Source: Convolutriloba macropyga (taxonomy: Eukaryota). From it: a DNA stretch of 64,000 bases. Numbering within the stretch: the stretch's first letter is position 1; every line of letters starts with the position of its first letter. The translations under genes and the position numbers were made by a program. The notes beneath the pieces were generated by a model that searched no databases, was not told the origin of the DNA, and saw only the letters and a list, made by a program, of their open reading frames with translations. The DNA lies in assembly GCF_964194025.1 (NCBI RefSeq), contig NC_134478.1, forward strand, positions 12,090,001-12,154,000, written 5' to 3'. Of this stretch, positions 51,141-63,811 are shown in pieces.

Positions 51141-51625
51141 TAGGACACCCTAAGGCTTTCCCAGATTAAATCGTTTCTTCAGCCAAAAATTCAAATCAGT
51201 CCTCCAAAAATTGCTCAACAAATATGAGAAGCACCGAGACAGCGAGAAGATTTTAGAAATACACTCGCCATTGACGGACTTTAGAAAGAAGAGGTTAAAA
51301 AAAACAAAGCTGGCAAAGCTGGCAGTGTCAGAAAAAAAAACTAGCGTAGCCGTATCTGAAAATACAAAACATAGTCGGCAGATTGTTGGAAGATAGTCTC
51401 CGTTAACCCCGATGACGGACGTTGGGATTGAAACAGTTAATAGACAGACTACTGCCTATTTTTTCCAAGTATCAAAAAGTGCTCTGATTTGGTCCGCATT
51501 TGGATTCGTTAAACACGGCTAATTAAGCATCTAAATTGGAGAGCAATAAGCTTAATACTAATACCAGTTAGCCGTATACTCTATAAAACTTTGATAACAA
51601 AACGCACTTAGCATTTAAACATAAA

Positions 51626-52154
51626 CATACCCGGCAGATTGCCGGAAAATAGCCGCCGTTGATTCCCATAACTCTATTGAGGATTGAAAGAAAAAAATCA
51701 ACAAAACTTGATTTTTGTATAAAAACATTTTTAAGTGCAATTTATTTTGATGTCATTTCGTAATTGAACATACTCCTGTCTCCCAGTGAGAGGCTACAGT
51801 GTCTAGTATCAATACCAATAAGCATTATAGATATTTACTAAAACTTAGATATGATAACAAAAGTTCAAATACCGGGCATCTAAAAATGGGCTTTATGGGT
51901 TTATCCCGTTTCTATTTCTGACTTTGTTTTTTTTATACTGACTCTCTTCATTTTGAATTGCTTTGCTGAGCAGCTGCTGTTTAAAAGGACTTTGAGCAGA
52001 ATGACAGAAGAGTGAAAGTAGCCTAGAGAAGTCAAAAGATTTCACGCAAAATCTCGAAAAAGCTGCAAAATGGGTAAAGCGAACAAAAAGTTCGACGAAG
52101 TAAAAAAAAATAGGAGTGCTATAATAGGTGGCTGAGAAGATGAGGGCGGCTATT
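51626..52154 (-). mobile_element. HINE-A short form, subfamily 2
   Basis: Perfect CCGGCA-ATC-TGCCGG 3' hairpin and subTIRs AATAGCCGCC/GGCGGCTATT; collinear with 44991-45515. Confidence 0.78.
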
Positions 52155-52522
52155 AACAAAATTAATATCTGAGTTCCCGGGCTTTAATGGTTCCACTTTA
52201 ACGACCTTGAACGTATTCAGGAAATATTGCTGACAATTCCATTCAGTTGAGCCAGTGAGTAAGTTAATTCAGAAGTCAAAAGTTAAGTCGTGACTCAAGT
52301 GAACAAAAAACGTGATTGAAAGGGGAAAATAAAAACCCAGTAGCAGTCCAGACCAGTCCAGACAAAAAATTCGAAGAACTGAACAAATTGAAGATAACGC
52401 TATTAGACCTTTTCAAAGAACAGCTCTCGTAATAAACAAATCATATACCAAGACTACCATATAACAAGTAAACAAAGCACAAAATCTAAAACCAAATTTA
52501 ATTTTAATTTCACTTTTAGAAA

Positions 52523-53519
52523 CATACCCGGCAGATTGCCGGAAAATAGCCGCCGTTTATTCCCATAACCAAGGTTGGGATTGAGAAGAGAAAATACTAA
52601 TGAAAAAATTGATTTTTGTACAAACATTTTTAAAGTGCGAACTATTTTGATGTCATTTTGGAGCTGAACATACTCCTGTTTCGTAGCGAGACAACATAGG
52701 GGCTAGTATCAATACCAATAAGCATTAGAGATATTGACTCAGAACAAAGTTCGAGTAACGGACATCTAAAATTGGGCTTTTTGGGTTTATCCTGTTTTAT
52801 TTGATTTCGTTTTTCATACTGACTCTGTCCATTTTGAATTGCTTTGCTGAGCATCTGCTGTCTAAAAACACTTTTATTTTAGAAGAATGAGAGAAGAGTA
52901 AAGCTTGCCCAGAGAAGTCATAAAGATTCCACGCAAAATGTTAACAAGTTGTGAACTAAGGTAAAGCAAAAAAATTTTATTAGACGAAGTAAAAAAAAAA
53001 AACGAAGCAGGACGTCCTGACGTAAAAATCAAAGAATTTTTGTTGAGTACACAAAAACTAGACCCAGAACGGACTATGGGTGAATTGGGAAATTAACTTC
53101 TAAAAAAAATCAGATAAAAAACAAAAAAAAAACAAACAAAAAACTAGGCGTAGAAAAAACTAAGAATGGATTGGAAAACCCATTTCGAAAAAAAATCCAA
53201 TCCAAAAAATCGAAAAAAACGGTAAAAATTGAAGTGAAATTGCCGCATGTGAACAAAAAACCACAACCGAGAAAGCGAATTTTTGTTCAAACACCGTTTT
53301 CTCACTCTACATTAAAATTAGACCAAAAAATTTCACGCGCTTTTCGCTCCACTTCCTGTTTCGGCGTGACCAAAATCACTATTCCAATTTGACCTCAAAA
53401 ATCATGAAAATGTGTGAACAGATCTTTAAAAAAAGACAGCGCCCCAATAAAATTCAAATTCTTTGAATTGTAAAAATAGGAGCACTATAATAGCCGGCTG
53501 AGAAGCTGAGGCAGCTATT
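52523..53519 (-). mobile_element. HINE-A subfamily 2 containing nested HINE-D (53003-53472)
   Basis: Same termini as 51626-52154, with an insert in the A-run after gacgaagt. Confidence 0.75.
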
Positions 53520-54531
53520 AAAAATACGGTTATCAAAGTTATTAAGGTACGCAAAAATCAACTTGAGAGAGAACATTTTGAGAGAGTTATCTGGAGTGAC
53601 CAAGATCAAGTGACTGTTCACGCTAATTCACGAAAAAAATCGCTGAAATGAGTTGCAAAAATTACGCAACTCAGTCAAGCACGAAATTCAGTTTAATAAA
53701 TTTGCATGAATGAATGCACAAAAGCTGCTATGAAAAAAGCGTGACGTCGTAAACGAATATTTAAACGTGTCAATTGATTCTACAGTTTCATCAGATAGAC
53801 GAGAAAAATATTTCGCCTTGGGCCTCTAAATTGGGGGACAATTTACATTTCCTCTAGAAAAACTTGATAACTTAATGCACTAAAGCTCAATGCCCGGTCT
53901 TCATAAGTTTATCCTGCGGAACAAGGCGTTAAGTGAATTAAATTTTAAAAAAGCATCAATACAATTAGGTTCCTTGGATTGTAAAAAAAGGGGAGCATCT
54001 ATATAACAGTCGTTTGAGTAGAAGGCATCGGCCATTAACCACTATTTTCTGGCATGTCAGATACAACAAGCAATATGCTTCAAAAAATTTCATAGATCGG
54101 AAAGGCATAAAACTGTAATCAAAACCTTAAAAAAATTGCTCATTAGATAATAAACTAATGCCTTCCCATCAAATACTGCAAAGAGTGCGTTTACAAGACT
54201 AATAAATATAAAATCTGACCACTTCGCCTCAGTGCCTTTCTGCTTTACCAATGTGTCCTAGTTTCGTAGCTTTCTATTATCTTCTAAGAATTTAGGCCAG
54301 TCAGACGAAAATCGCAAAAAAAAAGATCAAGTTAGTAGCAGACGGTCCAGTTCTCCCAGGTTATAATTATTTATACAGCTCTTTTTAGTGGCTATCAGGA
54401 GGCTATTTCTCGACGTGCTCTGACTTCAACTTTTTACTAAATTCGTTTAAATGAGATTATTGGCGGCAAACTCTTCGAGGAAGAACTCATAGAACCGTTC
54501 ATTTATAAACAGAAGCAGTGAACAGACGTAC

Positions 54532-54564
54532 CTGTTCCTCCACTTTCACTCCGGGCGTTCCTCG
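54532..54564 (-). CDS. ERP44: ERp44 33-nt micro-exon (RGTPGVKVEEQ)
   Basis: T9GTTTTAG acceptor and CAG|GTACGT donor, phase 0/0, GC-richer than its flanks. It lies between two clear ERp44 exons and preserves the frame. Confidence 0.7.
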
Positions 54565-57500
54565 CTAAAACAAAAAAAAACAACATTAATTTTTGTTGAC
54601 TTTCCTGAAACTAATCGACCAGTGGGCGGCTTAGCAAGAGACCTTTCAAACCCAAAATACAAATTCAAACTCCTCTAATGTTAACAAATTATTTAATTTA
54701 GAGCAGAAATTTATCTTTTTAGTTTTGGATCCAAAAAATTAGATCCAAAATCTAGAGCGATTCACAACCACAAACAATGAGTTCATTTCTGAAGGAAATG
54801 AACTCATTAGTTACAAATGAACCTCCTCGTTACAAAACATCGCCGGTAGATTGCCGGAAAATAGCAGCCATTGACATCACTGACCGACATTAAGATTGGT
54901 CCGCAATTTCATTAGATTCAACAGGGTGATTCAAAATAAGGTGATTTTAGCTTCTATATTGTAGGAGGACTAGAAGCTTAATACTAATACAAATTAGCAG
55001 TACACTCTGGGTCTTTGATAATTTAATGCAGTAAGTCTTTAACCATTAAGTCTGAGCGCCGGGCTTTGTTTTATCCAGTTTCTTGATTTCGCTTCTTGAC
55101 TGCGAACTTTTTCGCGTAAACTTGCTGAATTAACTAATTAACTGTAACTTTCATTCAGGTGAAACAGAGTGGGGTAAGTCAGAAGTCTCACGAGAAGGTA
55201 CTGACTTGTGCAAAGGTAAAATTTAAAAAAATGACAGGACAAGTCCGGAAATATAATCCACAGATTTGAACTTAAAATCCTTTCCTTGACCAGCAGATCA
55301 GTTGAACCTAACAGACCGAAGAGAAAAAAAGTAGTCTCACAAATTTAGAGAAAATGAACAATTGGCATTTGAATTGTAGGTTTTTAGTAACAGCGTATAG
55401 AATATCAAGCTTTCCAATTGAAAAGGCAACAATAGAAACCGTATCAACTAAAGAAATTTTCAATGCTCATAAGAGACAAGCAGATCCATGCCAAACCAAA
55501 GGTATACAAAACTCTAAAATTAGCAAAAATTGATTTAGATTCGCTGAAGATTTTTGGTGTTTATCTTTAGAATCAAAAAGGTAATGCAAAAACTGACCAG
55601 AATTTTGCATTACATTTTAATGCAAGAACCAGATTCAAGCTCAAAGAAATTCAAAAAGGTTTACGTAACCACTTGAGCTCAAAAATAGAACAATGAGCAA
55701 AAGCTTTAAAAAGTCGCAAAATGTCATTGCTTAAATTGTCTAATTTTTGATAGAATTAAATATCATTTCATTTAAAGCCAAACCCACAAAAAGTTAACCT
55801 GCAGAGAATACTGATTTGACATACAATAGACAAAAACGGCGAAAACGACAAGTTAAAAATTCTGGAAAAAAATCAAAAGAAAAAAGTTGATAAAATTGTT
55901 GGAGCTGATATCCTAAAAATCAACTATATAACGACAAAATCTATCCAATGTTTCAAAATCAAGCAAAAACTCAAAATAGGACTAAGTTTTTGAAAACTTT
56001 GGGGCTCGAAAGCTTCAAAAAATGACGTTTTCATGTTGAATAAAGGCCAGCAACTTCAGTACACTGACACTGTGCGCTCCAAAAACTACACGGGCCAGCT
56101 TAGGGATTCTAATAAAACTTAAGACCCACTGGGCTTTAACCTATTAATCACGTCTTGAAAGAACGTACAAGACAAATACAATGAAAATACAAGCACAAAT
56201 ACAATCAAAGCTTTTTGGATTGTAGAAAGAAGAGAGCGTCTAAATAATAGCCTTTGAGAGGCTGACGGCGGCTATTAATTACAACTTAAGCTATAAATTG
56301 CTGACAAATAAGCTATAAATACTTCAACTGGGACCACAAGACAAATTGCTCGTCCCTTCCTGTTTTCTATTATCAGAGATTAGTATTGCCGGTTCAGAAA
56401 TATAAAAACCCAATAAATTAAGAATCATCTAGAAGACTATCTTCCAACTTTTTTTTAAATCTCTGCAGACAGAACAGAAATCCGTTTTGTAAATGGCCTA
56501 ACGATTTGAATTCGAAATCTAAAATTCTCGATAAGTTGAATCATTTATTTCAATCATTTTATTTTAGGATAGCCATTTATTCAAGCACTTGCCTAGATGA
56601 AAGGTGAAAGTATCAACTAAAAATTGATACTTTAACAAGCCAAAAAACAGATATCGCTACAAATTGTCAAGCATAGCCGGCAAATTGCAGGAAAATAGCC
56701 ATCGCTGACCCTAATGCCCAACGTCGGGATTGAAACAATTTAAAAAACTGAACCAATCAGAAAAATGGCGACAGCCTAATAATGTTTTGGATCTATATTA
56801 GCACCTAAATTATAGCCTTTGAAAAAAGCGGAAAAAATTGGCTTTACTTGAATTTTAGATCCAATAGTTGCTTAGAAACGCAATACGGCTCAAAAATGCC
56901 TTAATATTACGCTATTTTGAGAATATAAATATCGAAAAACATAGCAGACAGATTTCCGGAATAGCTGCGAAATCGACTTGCGTGCCGTATAATATGGATA
57001 AAAACAGATACAGATGTAAGTTGAGAAAGTTATCTGCACCACTCAAAAATCGATGTAAAATACATTCAGCGATAAATCAACAAAGCTTGTTGAAACTCAC
57101 TCTGTAGAAGCTTTTTTATTAGGGACCTTCATTATACATCAGTTCATTTGAATTTATTATAATTAAAACTAAACTTAAGCTTAAAAGTGCTCAAGTCATC
57201 TTATTGAGTGAGGTAAGTCACGTATGATCAAAATCTAATCGCGCATATGACTTTTTCTAGGGAGTGAAAAATAATGTCACGCTCGCAAAAGCCGTTAGTG
57301 AGAGGAAGAAGTCATTCTGAAAATGTGAGCAGATCTAAAACGAAAACATAGCAGGCAGCCGGAAAATAACCACGATAGACGCTTGTAGCCTTCCATGAAT
57401 TGAAAGAACTAAAGAAAAAAGATAGACAGATCGACCACCAGTCCTTTAATAGACCACTAGACTTTTTGGGTTAGATTCGGACTGCCAATTTTATGAGACA

Positions 57501-57847
57501 CGGTCTATAAGGAAAAAGCCCTAAAAGAGCTTTTTCAAAATTGGTATTCGAAATAAAAAACTCAAGACCAATACTCAAGAATTAGGGCATATAAGTTTGG
57601 CACTACTTAGAGGCGCACTATTGATCTCTAACTATTGAATGTTCATATAATTTATTTAAAGTTCCATAAGTGAGCTCAGAAGTCATTTTTTAGTGAGGTT
57701 AGTCACTCGATTGGCCTAAAAGCAGCAATGTCGTCACGCACACAAACTTTAACTGTAAAGCAGTAGGAGTCACTGAAGTCATTGAGAAAGTCTATTCCAA
57801 GAAGTCAGGTCGTAAGAATCATCGATGGAGACGAAGAAGTAAAAAAA

Positions 57848-58617
57848 CATAGCAGGACAATTCCTGAAGTAAAATTCAAAAGAATTTTCGTTGACAAAAC
57901 AAAAAACTAGACCAAAAAAAACTAGACCAAAAAACTAGATTCAAAATGCCACATGTGAACAAAAAACCACTAGCAAGAAACGGAAATTGGGTTCACACCA
58001 AAAACTAGGCCTAGAATGAACATTGAATGGATTGAGAAAACCATTTAGAAAAAAAATCCAATCCAAAAAAATCAAACACAATAAAAATCAAAGTGAAAAA
58101 AGAGAAGTCAAAAAGATTTCACGCAAAATGTCGAAAAAGCGGCAAAATCGGTAAGCGAAAAAAAGTTCGACGAAGTAAAAAAAACATAGCAGGACAAGTC
58201 CTGACGTACAATTCAAAGAAATTTCATTGACTAAACAGAAAATTAGACCAAAAACGGACTATGAATGGATTTGGAAAACCATTTAGAAAATCCAATCCAA
58301 AAAAATCGAAAAAACAGTAAAGATCAAAGCGAAATTGCCGCATGTGAACAAAAAACCACAACCGAGAAAGCGAATTTTTGTTCAAACACCGTTTTCTCAC
58401 TTCTTTAAATTTAGAGCGAAAAAATTTCACGCCGCAAAACCACTCGCTTTTTCGCTCCACTTCCTGTTTCGGCGTGACCAAAATCACTACTCTAATTTGA
58501 CTTCAAAAATCATCAAAAAAGGCGAACAGATCTTAAAGACAGCGCCCCAATACAATTCAAATTGAATTGTAAAAAACAAGATAGCCCCAATAATACCGCT
58601 ATCGCTTCGCGGCTATG
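57848..58617 (-). mobile_element. Mosaic of HINE-D and HINE-A pieces; intact HINE-D at 58185-58571
   Basis: catagcaggacaagtcctgacgtacaattcaaagaa at 58185 and tacaattcaaattgaattgta ending 58571, followed by an alternative ~45-bp terminus. Confidence 0.68.
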
Positions 58618-59199
58618 AAAAAAAACTTCAGACGAAGACAACAAAAAAACCAAGAGCACCACAATACAGTTCCGCTTAGCCTGATAGTGTGAGAGATAAA
58701 ACGTGAAAGAGAAAGACAAGGGGAGATACCCCAACCAACACAGAGAGAGAGAGAGAGCGATAGCAATATTTTTCATAGTGAAATTCGACTCTGCAACTTC
58801 TAGTTTTCTAGACTTGTTAGTAATTAAATCATATAAAAATTGTAAAGCGCAAATATTAAAAAAATTCCGATTTCGCAGTGAGAAAAATGTTCACAACCAT
58901 TTTTTGTCTCTGGAGTTCTGCCATGTAACCTATCAGCAAGTCCAAAAAGATTTCGTCGGCCAGTAATGATGCTTAAACGCAGAAACGGACAAAATATTCA
59001 AAAAAAAACATTTTTAAAAGAATTGCAAATATTATCAAAACTTTGCAACAATTCGTGATATGAATATCTTCGAAACCATTTAACTGCCTCAAGAGACTAT
59101 CTAATATCCCTATTGCAAGCCTTACATAGCTTCAATGGCTCAAAGATCCATAAACTTGGAAAAAATTTAAAATTTTTAAAAAATTAAATTTTATAAAAA

Positions 59200-59870
59200 A
59201 ATTGCTAGAATTCGAGATATCAAAAAATTGATACTCACTCCATTAACTCCATAGATTTTGCAGCAGACGATTATCAAACCTTGGAGGCGGTTCCTGAGCC
59301 CATGGTGGCGGAAAAAAAAGTAAAATTATTCAACAAACTTGAAAAAATTGCAAACATAAAAAAGCTTAAATTCGTGATATTATACTCATGAAAAACAATC
59401 AATTACGTCTATCAACTATGGAACAACCTATTATCAAACCCTAGATGAGGTCCTTTGTCTCTTCAGGCTGGAGGAAAAAAATTCAAAAAACTTGAGAAAA
59501 ATTGCAAGTTTTATCAAAAACTGCTAAAGTTTGTAATATTAAAAAGCTGAAAACTCATTCACGGCCAAATAATTTTTTTTCAGTAACTTATTAATAAACC
59601 CTAAAGGAGGTTTTATGACCCCTGAAGCTGAAAAAACCTGAATAATGACAAATGCCGAAAACATTAAAATAACTTTAATAATTTTTGTCAAAAAACGCTA
59701 AAATTCCTGATGTCAAAATCTTGAAAAACTTTCCATTACATATAGACACTATACAGTAGCCTATTATCAAACCCTAGAGGAGGATCATTGGCTCTTGAGC
59801 CTGGATACCAAAAAAATGACAAACATTTCGAAAAACTTGAAAAATTGAGAAAATTAGTATAAATTTGCGT
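59200..59870. repeat. Degenerate ~160-170-bp tandem array (about 4 units)
   Basis: ttatcaaacc(c)t(a)ga.g.gg recurs at ~59271, 59431, 59591 and 59764. Confidence 0.65.
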
Positions 59871-60549
59871 GTTTTTGTTTTGATTACCAAAAAATTAAGC
59901 TCTTCAAATGGTCATAAAAGTACTGAAGTCTTGCAAAAGACCTTTTTCGACAATAAGCAACCTAAATTCTAGACTGGTACAACGAAAATTCGAAATGACG
60001 AAAATACGCGAAAAAATGCAACATTTTGGGCTCAAAAACTCCTAAAAATGACCTTTTAACCTTTAACTAAGGGCCTTCCCAGTAGCTTCACCACACTAAG
60101 CACTTGAAGGACTACAAAACGCGGCTAAGGGCCTCTAATGAAACTTAATGCCAGCTGGCACTACCTGTTTATCCCGTTTTTAAGGACGAAAAGTCAAATG
60201 GGTCAGACAAAAAATCGGTCAAGCGAAAAAAATACCGACAGGAATAAAATAATTGCTACAAGCTTCGTTAATTGCAACAGCTCAGAAAGCACTCGAAAAC
60301 CAAATCGGTCACGAGCAAATTTTACATAAAAAAGAAACACGTTTGCAATAATTGTTTCATACTTCGTTTGAGAGCAATTAAAAATACATCACCATAATTC
60401 TTTGATTCGTGAAAAGAAACCGATACACCAATATAAAATCAGTTCTCAACCTTTGTTAGATTGGGGTACATACATCGATTCAACAACGGGTCGTAGAAAA
60501 AGAATTTAAAAATCTTTACTCTTCTTTGAAAAATATAAGTCGAAGAGAA

Positions 60550-60923
60550 CATAACTCGAATAACTTTGGACCAATTGCTCCCAAACGACTGGAGAAGCAA
60601 TGAAGTTAGAGGGGAGCATAGGCTAGAGAAACTACAGAGGGGTTCGATCCCGTCACCTGCCGGATAAGACTCCTGGCAAGTGAGCACCAACTGTACGGGC
60701 TATGCACTTTCATCTCTCAAAATCGGTTTTCCTTTAGCAACAGAAGTAGTGCTTGCAATTGAAATCACTCAGAAAAGAATCAACATGACAAGCGTGGAAA
60801 AGTCACAAGCGTCAAAGAAAATTGAATTCAAAAGAATGTTCTAGAAGAAAAAAGTAAAGCAAAAACTTTACATAAAAAAGACACGTTTACTATAATTGCT
60901 TCAAACTTCTTTTGAGAGCAATT
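60550..60923 (-). mobile_element. HINE-B with degenerate tRNA-like cassette
   Basis: aattgctcccaaacga / tttgagagcaatt termini and B box GGGATCGAACCC. Shares the gcgtggaaaagtcac...gacacgttt module with the other copies. Confidence 0.58.
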
Positions 60924-61209
60924 AAAAAAAACCATTACCCATCTTCGGTTTGTTAAAAGCCACTGCTATTGCTCCACGGATATTCAACATAAATGACGAC
61001 GGAAACGAGTGAAACATAAAGCGGGTCAATATTGGGCATGCGACAATAAGGTGTAGGTTTAGAGTATACAGGATTTAGTATAGTATTAATTAAGTGAGTT
61101 CCAATGCATTTGTGCTGCTGAAGACAAGCAATTGCAAGCACCAGCAAATGTAAAATTATCTCTTTTCTCTCGAGGTAGCATATATTGTACCTCTATCTGG
61201 CAACATAAA

Positions 61210-62215
61210 CATACCCGACAGATTGCCGGAAAGCAGCCGCCGTTGATTCCCATAGCCAAGATTGGGATTGAAAGAAGAAAAAATACTAACGAAAAAATTG
61301 ATTTTTGTACAAAAATTATTAAAGTGCGAACTATTTTGATGTTATTTTGGAGCTGAACATACTCGTGTTTCGTAGCGAGACAATATAGGGGCTAGTATCA
61401 ATACCAATAAGAGATGTTGACTCAGAACAAAGTTCGAGTAACGGACATCTAAAATTGGGCATTATGGCTTCATCCCGTTTCTATTTCCGATTTCATTTTT
61501 TGATACTGACTCTGTTCACTTTGAATTGCTTTGCTGGGCATCTGCTGTCTAAAAACACTTTTAGCACAATGAGAAATGAGTGAAACTAGCCTAGAGAAGT
61601 CAAAAAAGATTTCACGCAAAATGTCGAAAAGGCGGCAAAATGAGGTAAAGCAAAAAATTTTCATTGACTAAACGAAAAACTATACCTAGAACGAACTGAG
61701 AGAGAATTGCGAAAAACATTTACAAAAAACAGATACAAAAATTTAAAAAAAAACAGAAAATCAATGTCAAAATGCCGCACGTGAACAAAAAAAAACACTT
61801 TGAAATTGAAATTTAGTTCAAGCAAAAAAAAACTAGTCCTAGAATGAACTATGAATGGATTGGGAAAACCATTTAGAAAAAGTGCCAATCCAAAAAGTAA
61901 AACAGTAAAAATCAAAGTGAAATTGCCGCATGTGAACAAAAAATCACAAGCGAAAAAGCGATTTTTGTTCAAACACCGTTTTCTCGCTCTACTTTAAAAT
62001 TAGAGCGAAACAATTTCACATCACAAAACAACTCGCTTTTCTCTCCACTTCCTGTTTCGGCATGACCAAAATCACGACTCCAATTTGACTTCAAAAATCA
62101 TGAAAATGTGTGAACAGATCTTAAAAAAAGACAGCGCCCCAATACAATTCAAATTCTTTGAATTGTAAAAAATAGTAGCGCTATAATAGCCGGCTGAGAA
62201 GCTGAGGCGGCTACT
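61210..62215 (-). mobile_element. HINE-A/HINE-D composite with deleted internal junction
   Basis: HINE-A termini and body plus the HINE-D body. The HINE-D 3' hairpin is missing at ~61655. Confidence 0.72.
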
Positions 62216-63705
62216 AATTAGCAATCAGTAGGATTATTCTTAAAATGTCAACTGTCACATGCTATTAAAACTATCATTTGTCCCAACAGATTTGTTTTCT
62301 CATTACAGCCCTATTCCATAACCAAAAACACGTCGTGCAACTTTTAAAAATGCCAACTTTTAGAAATGCCAAATTCTGCGGTGTCAGTTTTTCCTAAATA
62401 AACTCAGATTTTAAAACTGTTGGCATTTTAACACGCAAAGTTCGTTCGCTAAGCAAGGTTGCGTGATTCTGGAAGTTATTCCAGAATTTTGGCTTGTATC
62501 TTGAACCAGTAAGCGGTTCTCGATGAATGTCAGATTTTGTACGTGACTTCATTAGTTTCACTAAACCTAAACCTCACCTCAACTCATAGTTGAATTTTAA
62601 AGTTTTAGCACAGCAAATTCTTATATTGAATTGGAGGTGGGCTATAAGTTATCGACGGCTGTAATGGTAAAAAAATCGTTCCATCTCAAAGGCGAACAGG
62701 ACCAAGATGCCACAAACCAAGAAAATTTTAAATTCTAAAATCAGCTACATGACGACACTACACAACAGTAATTAAGCACAATCAGGAGCAAATGTTTACC
62801 AATTCGAGGGAACCACTATTGGGTTCCCTTTTGGGGTCCACGGGTTGTTTATCCACAACCACTGTTTTAATGTGGATTTGACCCGTTTTGGTGGTCGTTA
62901 CCACCGGCTGTTTATGCTGCTATAAACAAGACAACCGAGTGAAAAGCGACCGTAAACTTGACCAAATGCAGAAATACAACCTCCTCAGAAATCCGCTTAA
63001 ATCTGTCAGTGAAAAGCTATAGAAATTTTATGTAAAACCAATTACTGATTTCAAAAGATGCAGAGAATATTTCGTGTGCTTACCATTGTATAATTGTAGC
63101 TTCAACTGAATTGATTTAAAAAAATTATATTGAGGCAAAGCTGCTGATGTTAATTTGAGCTATGAGCTTGCGGCTCTTGATTTCAAAGGAGCTTTTTTCT
63201 CTTTTTGTTGGGGGGGGGGGGGGAGAGGAGGGAGGGGGCGGTGTTGAATTCGCAAAAAAACAACTTTTCTCATAAACGAGAACGTTCAGCGCATATTTTT
63301 GATTGCAATGATGCAATGAAGAGATGAAAATGCTGCCACCTGCCGTTGGTTCTAGAGATAGTTCGTTCTGTCTTACAATCGATAAGGGGATGGGAGGCCG
63401 AAAATGACGTTTGGCAACTTTTGAAGTCCCAATTCGTTTGAGCCGCGAAGGTCCCAAAAAAATTCAGTTCGTTTATTTCGATAACTAACAAACAGTTCTC
63501 TAGCAGCCGCATCAAAGTAAGTGATTGCCATTTACATAGTTGTCACGATTGTCGTTTGACAGCCACTGTCAACTTCACTGCCAGCAATTTTACCAACTGA
63601 TAAGTCGATTTCATTTGCGTAAACTTTGCGAGATTACATTATACATGATGATCCCAGAAAAGACCCGAAAATTTATCCAGCTACTTGCCACTTTATCTCA
63701 CTCAC

Positions 63706-63811
63706 CTCGAGTTGCTTGACAGGAATGGCCTGATCTGGCCCGTGGTGGAATTCCCTGTGCAGTTTCCCGCTCTGCAGGTCTCTAATGAATGTCTTCAGAA
63801 GCTCTGCATCG
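63706..63811 (-). CDS. ERP44: ERp44 internal coding exon (DAELLKTFIRDLQSGKLHREFHHGPDQAIPVKQLE); gene continues beyond window end
   Basis: Minus strand TTTTAG|C...GAG|GTGAGT, 106 nt (phase 2 in, phase 0 out). The translation contains SGKLHREFHHGPD, the motif near the ERp44 C-terminus. Confidence 0.93.

Noticed and set aside
43342-61972. Recurrent Phe-rich short ORFs (43342, 45407, 51893, 58224, 61470, 61661) as a small membrane-protein family
   Set aside because: They are translations of T-rich HINE copies, with starts, stops and frames not conserved.
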